Assembly (NCBI GenBank): GCA_002269645.1
Contig: NIVC01000566.1
Coordinates: forward strand, 434,001 to 498,000
Direction of reading: 5' to 3'
Origin: Macrostomum lignano
Lineage: Eukaryota
DNA: 64,000 bases
Shown here: piece after piece, positions 23,301 to 32,429 of the stretch
How positions within the stretch are numbered: position 1 is the first letter of the stretch
Layout: every line of letters begins with the position of its first letter
Position numbers and translations under genes: made by a program
The notes under the pieces: generated by a model
Databases searched by the model: none
What the model saw: the letters and a program-made list of their open reading frames with translations, nothing else
Told to the model about the DNA's origin: nothing

Positions 23301-24924
23301 GCTCTTCTCCGCCCTCGGCAATGCTTGTCCGGATTTCTTCCCGGAATGCCGTCCAATCAGCATTCTTCCAATTCCAGCTGACGAGTTTCCTCGATTTAGC
23401 TTTATCGGTGCAGTCTCCTCTGCTAGTGATTAGCACCGGTTTGTGGTCGGAGCTGAGGGCGCTGGTAGCCTGCCACTCCCATGCCTCGTCCAGGGTATGG
23501 CAGAAGGCGACGTCCGGACTCGAGTGGAACCTGCCGTCCTTGCTGCTCCTAGTGCAACTTCCGTCGTTAAGCACCGACATCTCGTGGAGGTCCGCCCACT
23601 CCATCACCGCTACGCCTCTGTTATCCTCCGCCACTAGATTGTCCCACATCGAGTGGTGCGCATTCCAGTCTCCGGCAACTATCCAATCAGGACCGCCCGG
23701 GATCCTCATGATGTCCTCCTTGCTGATTTGGATGGTGTTGTGTGGCGGGAGGTACAGGTTCGCTATGTTGACGTGCGTCGGCTGGCTGGGGCCGGCCAGG
23801 TAGACCCTGATGCACTGTAGCTCGATTCCGCAGTCTTCTTCGTGCGATGCTGTGGTCAATTCCTTGAACTGCACGCCGTGTTTGACGAAGGTGAGTAGTC
23901 CTCCGCCCCGCGCCTTGTCTCTGCATATCCGTCTACTGCGATCTTTACGTATGGCCGTGAAGCCAGCCAGCTCGACATCGCCGTCCTCGGCCCTCAGCTT
24001 GGTCTCTTGAAGAAGGAGCACGTCGATGTTCTGTCGCTCGATGAAGTCTTCAATTTCTGGAGCCTTCGCTCTGAAGTGGTCGCAGTTCCAGACTCCGATC
24101 CTAAGCTTCCTGAGCTGGTGGTTGATCGGAGCTCTAGTGCTAGCTTCGGGTGGGGGGCTCACGGTTCTCTTCTGTTGCTTGGCTTCGTCCTCTCTACATT
24201 CTTTGCAGCACCAATTGCTTAGCCTTTTGACTTTGTCGATTTGCTTCCTGGTGGAGAGCTCCGTGCAGCTCCAGTGCACTTGCTTCGAGCACACCCTGCA
24301 CGAGGTCCCAAGCCCGCGCTTGCGATACCGGTGGCAGATAGCACACCTACCCGCTTTACCCTCCGCGTCGGTGGCCCGGGGAATGGCGTTGTTGTTGCCG
24401 TCTCTCTCGGGATCGGTCGTCAGGTCATTGTCCCCGTCCAGGCTAGTGCAGCCCCTGCACCGCCAGGAATCCTGGATCTGACTTTGCCTCCAGCGGCTGA
24501 CTCCGGTGCAGCTCTTGTGGGTCACCTCATCACAACCTTGGCATCTAACGGCTTGGTTCCCGGCTCTGATGGCTCTGTGGCAGTTCAGGCAGATCCGCCG
24601 CTCGGATCTGCTGGCAGTCTTCTGTTCTTCAGCTTTCCTCTCTTTCCGCAACGCCGCCTCATGCTCGGCCGGCTGGGAGCCATTTGCTGGCTTCGCATTG
24701 CTGGTAGCGCAGCAGGGCCCGGTCCAGCCGGTGTTTCCGGTCTCGGCAGCATAGAAGGCGACTCTGCGGAGGCCGCTGCATTTCAGGTGGGCGTGGTGGT
24801 CACAAGCCTGGCACTTCGGTCCTCTTCCGGTCGTCCTCTTTCCGCAGACTCCGCAAAGAGCGGTCTTACTTTTGGGTCCTGGGTTGGCCTCAATGTCTCC
24901 CGAGCGTAGTAGCAGCTTCATCAT
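20344..24924 (-). CDS. LINE ORF: 2A peptide, 3 PHD fingers, APE endonuclease, reverse transcriptase, RNase H, C-terminal Cys/His knuckle
   Basis: First ATG at 24924; the frame is open to the element 5' end. APE motifs WNCD, LLQET, GDWNAH, SDH; RT motifs DFERAFDKV, GLPQGSALSP, FADD; RNase H motifs FSDGS, AEL, ITDS, WVPAHCGLWGNEEAD; C..C...ETVSHIVQC. Confidence 0.95.
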   Translation of the reverse strand: MMKLLLRSGDIEANPGPKSKTALCGVCGKRTTGRGPKCQACDHHAHLKCSGLRRVAFYAAETGNTGWTGPCCATSNAKPANGSQPAEHEAALRKERKAEEQKTASRSERRICLNCHRAIRAGNQAVRCQGCDEVTHKSCTGVSRWRQSQIQDSWRCRGCTSLDGDNDLTTDPERDGNNNAIPRATDAEGKAGRCAICHRYRKRGLGTSCRVCSKQVHWSCTELSTRKQIDKVKRLSNWCCKECREDEAKQQKRTVSPPPEASTRAPINHQLRKLRIGVWNCDHFRAKAPEIEDFIERQNIDVLLLQETKLRAEDGDVELAGFTAIRKDRSRRICRDKARGGGLLTFVKHGVQFKELTTASHEEDCGIELQCIRVYLAGPSQPTHVNIANLYLPPHNTIQISKEDIMRIPGGPDWIVAGDWNAHHSMWDNLVAEDNRGVAVMEWADLHEMSVLNDGSCTRSSKDGRFHSSPDVAFCHTLDEAWEWQATSALSSDHKPVLITSRGDCTDKAKSRKLVSWNWKNADWTAFREEIRTSIAEGGEELRVISTSIAERRLRDIITNAARKAIGVVVRRTRNRDCLTEDIRADLVERDAIRTEKGESSEEWKEAEAAISEKIKEHKRQAWRQHLATNATNAKMWTVLKQLKGTLAKTESQGLTHQGRTYISARAKANIFAKTYAKVSDVRIEKSHRWARRDVNARLRESNISPDPEDCQPLTLNELQDALHDMNANKAAGMDHIHPRLLRELPTEALEAVLQLFNRLFAEGSAPQNWRTARIIPLLKGGKPKQEIGSYRPVSLTSCLSKWMERIIVRRITHKLESAGRLSDCQAGFRAGRSAEDQLLRLTQAIEDAFKRGDITLLTLFDFERAFDKVWRDALLIKMLDKGVGPRIVRWIQGWLTNRLACVNVEGTDGRREQFKQGLPQGSALSPILFVIFVDDLLNSLSKLPGVEVSGFADDLATWSCATRAEEATNMQQAAANVVSEWSRKWLLPAAAAKCTTTLFTQGKPSEPSRSVRFNNDDLRWDPNPKFLGLTYDRSLRFTQHVANVIEACRSRVNLMRRLAGSDWGWESNLLRQTHTALIRSRILYGACAWTPWLSEESWRRLEVLDRTAARIVSGLVQTTPLDALKAESDIGPLRTTCEIRWAAKLDRWLRLNEESARYKMTRNEEARRQRGGSTRRDWRSAAGELLARFKLDEVARTGDGHPLPPWKKGNAKDFHADACRAPSQEENLSLAHQLLRTEGPPPDVVIFSDGSVSDGCGGGGAIIVKPEPGDPGCRGEILAEMTRPAGRPCSSLQAELRAMEGALNLLEHLRVEKRRVWVITDSKSSLQALRGHSRNPIAVEIQALAARLREGGVTFEWRWVPAHCGLWGNEEADRLAGAAVRSQQEDTPVLASVVVKQLARELKASETRSHQRSRDTYGTRGPAKHPCYGSREEATSFMRMRTGHSLELGAYCKRIKKVENGHCRMCRGEEETVSHIVQCPATFRQRSEWDVMALNDLNRSSEGVLKFWRWYRSHPPLEQPSPLVA
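24874..24924 (-). other. 2A-like ribosomal StopGo peptide MMKLLLRSGDIEANPG|P
   Basis: Exact D(V/I)ExNPGP consensus preceded by a hydrophobic LLL-x-S-G stretch. Confidence 0.85.
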
Positions 24925-24971
24925 GTAGGTAGCTTTCCCGGTTTCGATGGTCACCGAGGTGTGAGTAGAAT

Positions 24972-25054
24972 GCCTGCGTTCGTAGCGATCGCTTGATAAG
25001 CCCTGATCACTAGTACCCCGGCACACCGCTTGGCGGTCTGCAGGCTGTGCACGG
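24972..25054 (-). ncRNA. HDV-like self-cleaving ribozyme at the LINE 5' end
   Basis: P1 CCG(U)GCAC/GUGCCGG; P2 GCCUGC/GCAGGC; P3 ACC/GGU; 7 nt L3 GCCAAGC with CC pairing to GG (P1.1); P4 UAGUGAUC/GAUCGCUA; J4/2 CGAA. Nucleotide +1 coincides with the TSD boundary. Confidence 0.8.
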
Positions 25055-26940
25055 ACTGCTGCTGTAGTATATCAGGACAAAATCTGTGATTGCATTTGAT
25101 CTGGCGCAGTTTAGGAGAGAGAGGGCCTCATTTATACTCAGCAAAATTGAAAAGTAGCCACTCTATGCGCCACTGAGCAACTTCTCTTGGACTATTCTAA
25201 AATAAAAGATACGGGAAAACTGATCGGGTAGCTTTAATCACCCCAACACTCGAACACCGCTCCCCCTACTTCATTTCCCAACTCAAGTCTTCCACGGCGT
25301 AGCTAAGTTGCGTCACTCGAAAAGATTGAGAGACTTTACGTGCACTCCCAAAAGTGGCGACGCACACGGAATCATCTGTGATGGCGACTTTTCTATGCTG
25401 CTGAGTACAGCTACGCCACGCGGCAGACTTTGGTTGAGGAATGAAGTCGGGGAGCGGTGTGCGAGGGTTGGACGGATTAAATCTACCCTCAAGTTTCTTC
25501 GTATTTTTATTTCAGCATAGTCCAAGAGAAATTGCTCACTGGCGCATTGAGTGGCGACTTTTCAATGTGCTGAGTATAGCTGTGTAGTGAAAGTTTCAAA
25601 TTCTATCATAACACGAAATATCTCCCTTCTTAAGGGGGATATTCTTCTCCTAATATAGCAAATATAGCCTGTTTTCATGTTTTCCTTGCGTTCTCCTGTG
25701 CTCTTTTGTTTTGTCTTTTTATTGAATAATATTGAATATATTTGATTGGAGTAGTAGGAATCCGGCCTCACTATAGCAATCCACGGTTCAATGCACGAAC
25801 CAACACTGCTCTATCGCACTCGCACAGGTCTGAGTCGCCTTTCCTAGCTAACAAAGAACCGCAACTGCTATCTCATCTTTGAGGGACTGCAGTTCAATGG
25901 CTCTGTTGCAGTTGTAGAGATCTCCAAATACGATACAAAGTAAACTACTGTAAGTAGTAACATAAAAATGCGAAAAACTTTAATGTTTCAAAAATTGCAA
26001 AATGTCATACTCTATTTTAAGACCGTGAATACAACGTACGACGAAGCATGAGACAAGTTGCAACTATGGTGAAATATGTTGCGACTATTGATGTAACCAC
26101 GCTCTGGTCGCGGGATAGGGCATGGGAACTTTTTCGAAAGTGCCTCCTATCCCGTGCACCCCCTGCACAGAGCTGTCGAGACTCGGCCAGGTCTCCGACC
26201 AGGCCTGGAGACTCCCGCTCTGCTGCACCCCCCTGCTGCCTTGGTTCCGTTTCCCCTGCCGCCACACCTGCCTTTCCAGAGCCCCCTATCCCTCTCTGTA
26301 CCTCCCCCTCTACCCTATCGCTTCTGTTTTCCGCCCTAGTCTTCTTGTACATGTACTTTCCCTTCCCCCCTCTTTTTGTCTCCCTCTGCACTCTTTTCCT
26401 GCGCTGTCCCCTCTTTCTCTGTGTCTACTTACAGTATTTTGTGTGCTCACCGTCTCCCCATCCCCTCTTAAACTCCCAAACGGTGACGCAAGTCGTGTGA
26501 CCCCTTCTCCCCCTCGGTGACTCATCGATGACTCATCCCCTCTCTTGCGCAATCTTTTCTCACGCCATTGTTCTCCTCCCCGAATTTCTCATGCGACACC
26601 CACCCCACCTCCGCTTCTATTGTTCTCGTTTTTGATTCTTTTGTTCTCTTTATCCCCACTAATTATCACATTTTCTCCGATTTTCTCTTTCTTTTGTTCT
26701 CGTTTTCGCACCTAATTATCACCTTTTCCCCAATGTTTACTTTTCTATTGTTCTCAATTCTCCCCAATTATCCCCGACTTCCAATTCCTTTGTTCTCGAC
26801 CCCAGCCCCATTGTTCTCAATGTTTGCTTGCGCAACACTTTCGCGACCACCCGCTGCGCCAATTATCCCCCCACCCCACCTCCGGATTGCGCAATTTCCC
26901 TATTTCTCATGTTGCTATGCCGGTCTCATCCTTCTCATCA

Positions 26941-27031
26941 TGACTCATTCTGACGTCATTCTGCCGGCAGCCAATCAGAGAGAGGGAGTCATGGAAACGA
27001 CCTTGGAGCGGCGGCTGGGAAGGCTATAAAA
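26941..27031 (+). promoter_or_regulatory. LTR promoter: AP-1 (26941), CRE TGACGTCA (26951), CCAAT (26971), TATAAAA (27025)
   Basis: Motifs in canonical order and spacing; two more TGACTCA sites at 26518 and 26529. Confidence 0.6.
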
Positions 27032-27335
27032 GTAAGCGATTTCGGCATGAGAATCTTCAGTCTCCTTTTGCCCTCCTTCGGGCTCCTAGTCTTTCTTTAG
27101 ACTTGCTGTCAGACTGAGCTCTGACCCATTCGTCTAAAGGACGAATCCCTGCCGGTCCGCGGTCTGTTACCGCCAAGTTATCTTCAGCTCCCCAAGTGAG
27201 CTCGCCTATCGGCCAGCGGTCTGATACCGCCCAGCATCATCAGCTTCGCCTGATCTACACCAGCGCCTCGTCGCTTCAGCGCATCGCCGCTTCACTGCCT
27301 GCCTGACTGCAGCCTACAGCCGCCCTCGGTCACTC

Positions 27336-27462
<127 letters not shown>

Positions 27463-28439
27463 AGCTGCCGGTAATTTCCTGTTACTAATTTGTGCTCTGA
27501 TCGCCTTGCTTATCCGGGGTTTGCCTATTTTCCATTGTCTGATTAGAGAGCTGAGCCAATTGTGATACCGTATCTTTTGCTGTATTTTACTCAATGGTGA
27601 AGCCGCCTAATTGCCTGATTATTTGCCTAAGGGCCTAATCATTAACTATTAACTAACCTCATCATTTTTCACTCTTTCAACATCTTTTCACTCATGGCCT
27701 GCTAAGCCTTTCTCCCGGGGTGTCAAAGCCCGCCTGTGAGTGCGTGCTGCGGGGCTGTGTGTGCGTGCAGTAGATGGATTAGCGAGCCTTGGCACAGAAT
27801 GGCAGTAGGAAGGTTGCAACCCCATGCTGACGCGTCCCTTCGCCCTGAGCAATCTAAACTATAGAACAGTACATGTTCGTCTCATACTACTCTTAGTAAT
27901 CAAAGTCGCAAGTCAGCCTCGCTCACAGCCACAAAGGATCCCCTGCTGAGAAATCCTCCAGATTGAGCCCAGAGTTCCCGATCATGCCCCAAGCAGAGTC
28001 CCTGTACTCGGCTGCATGTGTCTCCCCTGTTAGCCTAAATCTCCTGGTAACCATCCCAGGCGGGGCTCTAGCCTCGAGAGGTCTGGTAGAAAGATCCAGG
28101 TGCGCCAGGTCACATAGAGTGGTGGCAGCCACTCGGTCATACTATGACCGAGTGACCAACTATTGCACCTTGGCTACAGGTGGGGTCCATGTGGGTCCTT
28201 AGCCCTCTGGTCACAAAGCGCTACCAAAGCTATCAATCATGTGGGCGGGACAGTCTGGTGCTGGAGGTCCGTCAGGCCATCGCCCGGTCATAGGCAGCCT
28301 ACGGTCATTGCCCCTCTAGCCATGCGTTCGTCTCTCTACGGAGCGGACAGGCGACAAGGGCGGTTACATCACTATGGTGAAATAAGTTGAAATCTGATGA
28401 AATATGAGTCGTGCTACTAAGTATATGCCAAAATTTCGA

Positions 28440-28921
28440 CTATAAATATAAGCGTAAAATCCGAGCTGAAACCTCAGACTCGGAGCAGCCTCAAAAGATC
28501 TTGTGGTTAGTTAGAGCAACTAATCGAAGCTATATCTCTGGGAGAGAAGCGTATCAATTGAGAAGCGTTGTTCAAGTCTTCGTTATTTTGATTAATTGAG
28601 AGCGATTTTATTGCTGGCCGGCCGTTGCTGATCCGTGGACTTTACTGAGACTATTTGAGGCCTCCCATTTTCCTAAGGGATTGGATAGGATCTGCGGACC
28701 GATTCCGATACCCTTAGAGGATTACTGACTGTTGATTTGGATTATCCTAGATTAACCGATAGGAGCACACGACTCCGATTCCGTTAGATCTAGAAGAAGA
28801 CGCCCCCTTTGGAGGACCTCGCGTTAGAATTTGAGTTTATTAGGGCGCACTGTTGGTACTGATTTGGCACTCGAGAAACGTACTGAATCCCGCACTCGAG
28901 GAAATATTTCGACGTCGACTT
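28440..28921 (+). repeat. Dispersed LTR-like repeat, homologous to 30285-30872
   Basis: Shared blocks such as CCTAAGGGATTGGATAGRATCTGCGGACCGATTCCGATAC and GCACTCGAGGAA..TTCGACGTCGAC. Confidence 0.75.
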
Positions 28922-29116
28922 CACTGTTCTGCTCTCACTCTAGGCCGACTTTGGACTTCGAAGACTTCAAGAAGATTCCTCCGGAGAAGAAGATTGGAAG
29001 AAGCAAACTCTACAAACGCGCGCAACAAAGAAGAAACAAGGAACGAGCTCGGAGAACCTGCCGGACACAGAAGAAGAGCCCGCCACAGTAAGTGAACACG
29101 TTAATTTTGTTCCCAG

Positions 29117-29529
29117 GCTTAAGTGTCTGGAAGTGGGAGTTTTCGGGAGACTGATCACCTCCCGAATCAACTCTTCACAGTTATCATATACAATAGTTTT
29201 CAAGTGCGCGGCGCAGATGAAAACTATCGGTTGCTGGTCGGGCGCCCGAAATCAGCCAGTAGTATATTTAGGACTATGTCGGATGAAGAAAACGGTTCAG
29301 AGTTCAGCACCTACGACTGGGATCATAGTTACCGTTCGTCATGCTCAAAGAAACATGGAAACGTTGGTTGGTGGTTTAGACACTCTCTCATCACACCTTG
29401 AATTTCCCAATAATCGACGAGGAAAAGGTAAGCAACTGCTCGTTTGATAATTGCTCGAGCGACACGCAGGCCTACTCGACAGGATGGTTTGGCTGTAAGG
29501 CCGCGCAGCTCTCGTTCACATGCATCTGA
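29117..29529 (+). pseudogene. C-terminal half of a FReD domain; probably the 3' part of the pseudogene at 19742
   Basis: YNSFQVRGADENYRLLVG...NGSEFSTYDWD...SCSKKHG..GWWF, then a frameshift. Candidate intron 29428-29469 and last exon 29470-29529. Confidence 0.75.
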
Positions 29530-29980
29530 GACGGCCGGGACTGAAGAACTGAATAATATTAGGGACAGAAATTTGAACCGGACTTTTATTTGCGTATTCC
29601 TGAAACTTAATTAAGTTATTTGACATCGCCATGTCTGAGCAGATGTTGAAATAATCTGAATAGATAGGTATTAATTGCATTCGCGATATAGCATCGGTTC
29701 GGTTTAGTCTTTATGAATTAATTGCGTTGGAGAACGTCTCCTATCGCTGGGTTTTAAGAATGAAAAATAATTATCAGGAAATGATTATTTTGTAGGTTTT
29801 CACATCATTATCAGATATAACGACGCTATATAAACGTAAAACAAACTATTGTACTATGGCTTTTTGCAAGCCATTTATTACTACGAGCAGGCAATTAAAT
29901 AATTAGTGGGAAAATCCAGCGCTAAAAGATTGATTTATCAGTACAGTATGGTCCAAACCGCTTTGGAGCAACTAGTTTAG

Positions 29981-31200
29981 TAATCCGAGCACCCATTTAG
30001 TCATTTCCAGTATCACTGGTGTCGCATCTGAACACTACTGAGTAAAGCACAAACAGTGTGGAGGTTTATTCATAGAATGCTACTGCGACTAGAGCAGCCC
30101 ACATATGCGCACCAAAATGTCAAGTATGAATAATGTTACTATTTATAGCAAAGAAATAAATCATATTACTATTAAAACTAAAAAAATAAGTCATGTTACT
30201 ATTCATAGCGAGAAGATGAATCGTGTTACCTTTTATGGCGAAAAGATTATTCATGTTACTATTGTACATCTCGCAAAAATTTGTCTCTAAATACAAGCGC
30301 TCTGCGAGCCTGAAAAACCTCAGACTTGGAGCAGCCTCAAGAGGACTTGAGAACACCCAAGAACTACGAGACTACATCTCTGAGAGAAGTAGATACTGTT
30401 CGGTAAGCCTTTGTTCGAGTCTTCGTGATGATTGAGAGCGGTTTTATTGCCGGCCATTGCTGATCAGTTGATTTTACTGAGTAATTGACCTTGAGTCCTC
30501 CCTATTCCTAAGGGATTGGATAGAATCTGCGGACCGATTCCGATACTCTTAGAAGGTTATTGATTTGATTGATTTTGGTATCCAAACGTATACGTGACTC
30601 CATGTCAAACATTAAAGAGCCACCATGTCAAACATACAGAGTCACCATGTCGATCATTAAGGAGCCAGACTCCATGTCAAACATTAAAGAGCCACCATGT
30701 CAAACATTAAAGCGCAACCATGTCAAACATGTGTGACTCCAGAGTAACCGTTATTTCTAGAAGACGCCCTTCCTGGAGGACCTCGTCATTGTTATAGAGT
30801 TGATTTTGTTAATTGATTAGCATAATTATTAGCATCTCTGATTTCTGCACTCGAGGAATACTTCGACGTCGACAGATTAAAATGTTACGCTCTCACTTAC
30901 GGGAAAGTCATTGAAATTAGCTAAGTATCAGTAGTATTTTGTAAAATTGCTTGACCAGTGATGCAGCGGGGAATGAAGCGGAGCAAATGCCTAAACCTAA
31001 CCTAAACCTATGCATATCGTGTTGCGTGGTCTTGTTCGTAGCGCTTCATCTGCGGTGACAAAGCTCTCCCCATCGTACCCTAAAAGCTCGCTGCTCAGCT
31101 TGCTGGCGTCCTCTTCTACAACCATGTTGAATGTGTGCGTCTATTTGTAGCCAAAGCGACACCAGTGACACTGGAAATGACTAAATGAGTGCTCGGATTA
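29981..31200. repeat. 1.2 kb segment bounded by a 45 bp inverted repeat (29981-30025 / 31156-31200, 2 mismatches)
   Basis: TAATCCGAGCACCCATTTAGTCATTTCCAGTATCACTGGTGTCGC versus its reverse complement; no TSD found. Confidence 0.7.
30285..30872 (+). repeat. Second copy of the LTR-like repeat, with an inserted 23 bp tandem array (about 30600-30730)
   Basis: Homology to 28440-28921; unit CCATGTCAAACATTAAAGAGCCA. Confidence 0.75.
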
Positions 31201-31436
31201 TTAAAGGGCTTGCAAAAATATGATATTTCTATTGGCTTGAATATATACGAGCATACGATATATCCTCAGAGTACTTCAAGTCTCCATGCATTTTGCATTT
31301 AACTCCAACTGCATGGCGTTACGTACGAGTAATTTAGTCCGAGTTTTAATATTTAAAAGAAGATTTAATTGCGTAAATGTTTATTTAAAAGTTTTCTTCA
31401 AAATTATACAACTATTAGATTAGATTATTATAGACT

Positions 31437-32429
31437 TCAACTCCTCCGCCCTGGATCGATGGGACCTACGCGTGCGCCGCCGGCTTCATCAGGTTCGCCC
31501 AATTGTCCTCTGCGAGTCCGCATTCGCAGCAGGGCCATGAACTCCTGGCGGAACATGCTGGACCGTGCCAGGTATACAAACAGGTTCACCATGGAGCTGA
31601 GCATCTGGGGCAGGCGCAAGAAGTTGCCGAAGCGCGAGCGGTAACGCTTAGGCAGCTGGGCCAGGTAGAGATAACCAATGCGAGACGCTACCTGGTTCAG
31701 GACGAGCAGTCCGGCGATGATGGCGATGGTGCCGGCGCTCTCGAGAAGCTCTCCAGTTCGACTGCCGATCTCCGCACTGATCTTTATTTGGTGCAGCACG
31801 CGGAACAGGCAGGCCAGGCTGAGCCCCAGGGCCAAGCAGCTGTAGGTGATGGTCGATACCAGAAGCCAAATGTTGTAAGCGTTGCCGTAGACTCCGGAGT
31901 TGGTGCACATCGGCGTCACATTGTCCGGCTCGTCGATAGATAGGGACAGAGCTATCACTGAGTCGGCACAGGTGTACAGCCAACCCACCAGGATCACCAA
32001 CGCTCTGTAGCGATGCGAGTACACGATGTACTTCTGGGGCCAGAGCAGAGCAGTGCACCTGTCGCAGCACAGCGCCAGGGTGAACACCGTTGAGGCTACA
32101 AGACCGAATGTCATGGGCACAATGTCTGTGAGGCATTGCAGCTCGGTTCTCAGGTTGCCCTGGCCGACGTAATGGTCGCGTAGACGCCGGCCAGTGACGT
32201 ACATGTAGGCTGCGCCAATCCATGCGTCTGCAATGGCCAAATTCGCCATGACAATGTAGTAGGAGCGGCGTCGCAATGCTTTCGATCCGAAGCAGGTTAG
32301 CGCGACGAGAAAGTTGCACAGGGCGCAGCCAGCGGCTGTAAAAAACTGGGAATAGCTGGCCGGTAGATTCCATTCGTACAACTGGATGCTGTCGGAGCGC
32401 AGCTCTTTCAAGGCGTCAGAATCGTTCAT
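31437..32429 (-). CDS. Orphan rhodopsin-like (class A) GPCR, single exon
   Basis: 330 aa with seven hydrophobic segments; TM2 NLAIAD, TM3 CCDRC (DRY variant), TM4 W, TM7 NLFVY, helix 8 FR. Confidence 0.9.
   Translation of the reverse strand: MNDSDALKELRSDSIQLYEWNLPASYSQFFTAAGCALCNFLVALTCFGSKALRRRSYYIVMANLAIADAWIGAAYMYVTGRRLRDHYVGQGNLRTELQCLTDIVPMTFGLVASTVFTLALCCDRCTALLWPQKYIVYSHRYRALVILVGWLYTCADSVIALSLSIDEPDNVTPMCTNSGVYGNAYNIWLLVSTITYSCLALGLSLACLFRVLHQIKISAEIGSRTGELLESAGTIAIIAGLLVLNQVASRIGYLYLAQLPKRYRSRFGNFLRLPQMLSSMVNLFVYLARSSMFRQEFMALLRMRTRRGQLGEPDEAGGARVGPIDPGRRS

Larger units (their letters stand above)
20326..25054 (-). mobile_element. Full-length ingi-like non-LTR retrotransposon (LINE), 4729 bp
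   Basis: 14 bp TSD ACTGCTGCTGTAGT at 20312-20325 and 25055-25068; (CAA)n tail 4 nt after the stop codon; a single uninterrupted ORF. Confidence 0.95.

Noticed and set aside
20954-24909. Several long + strand ORFs
   Set aside because: Antisense shadows of the GC-rich LINE ORF with no recognisable motifs.
24925-25026. ORF-track start at 25026 as a true methionine
   Set aside because: The codon is GTG inside the ribozyme; the first ATG is at 24924. Non-AUG use is kept only as a hypothesis in the findings.
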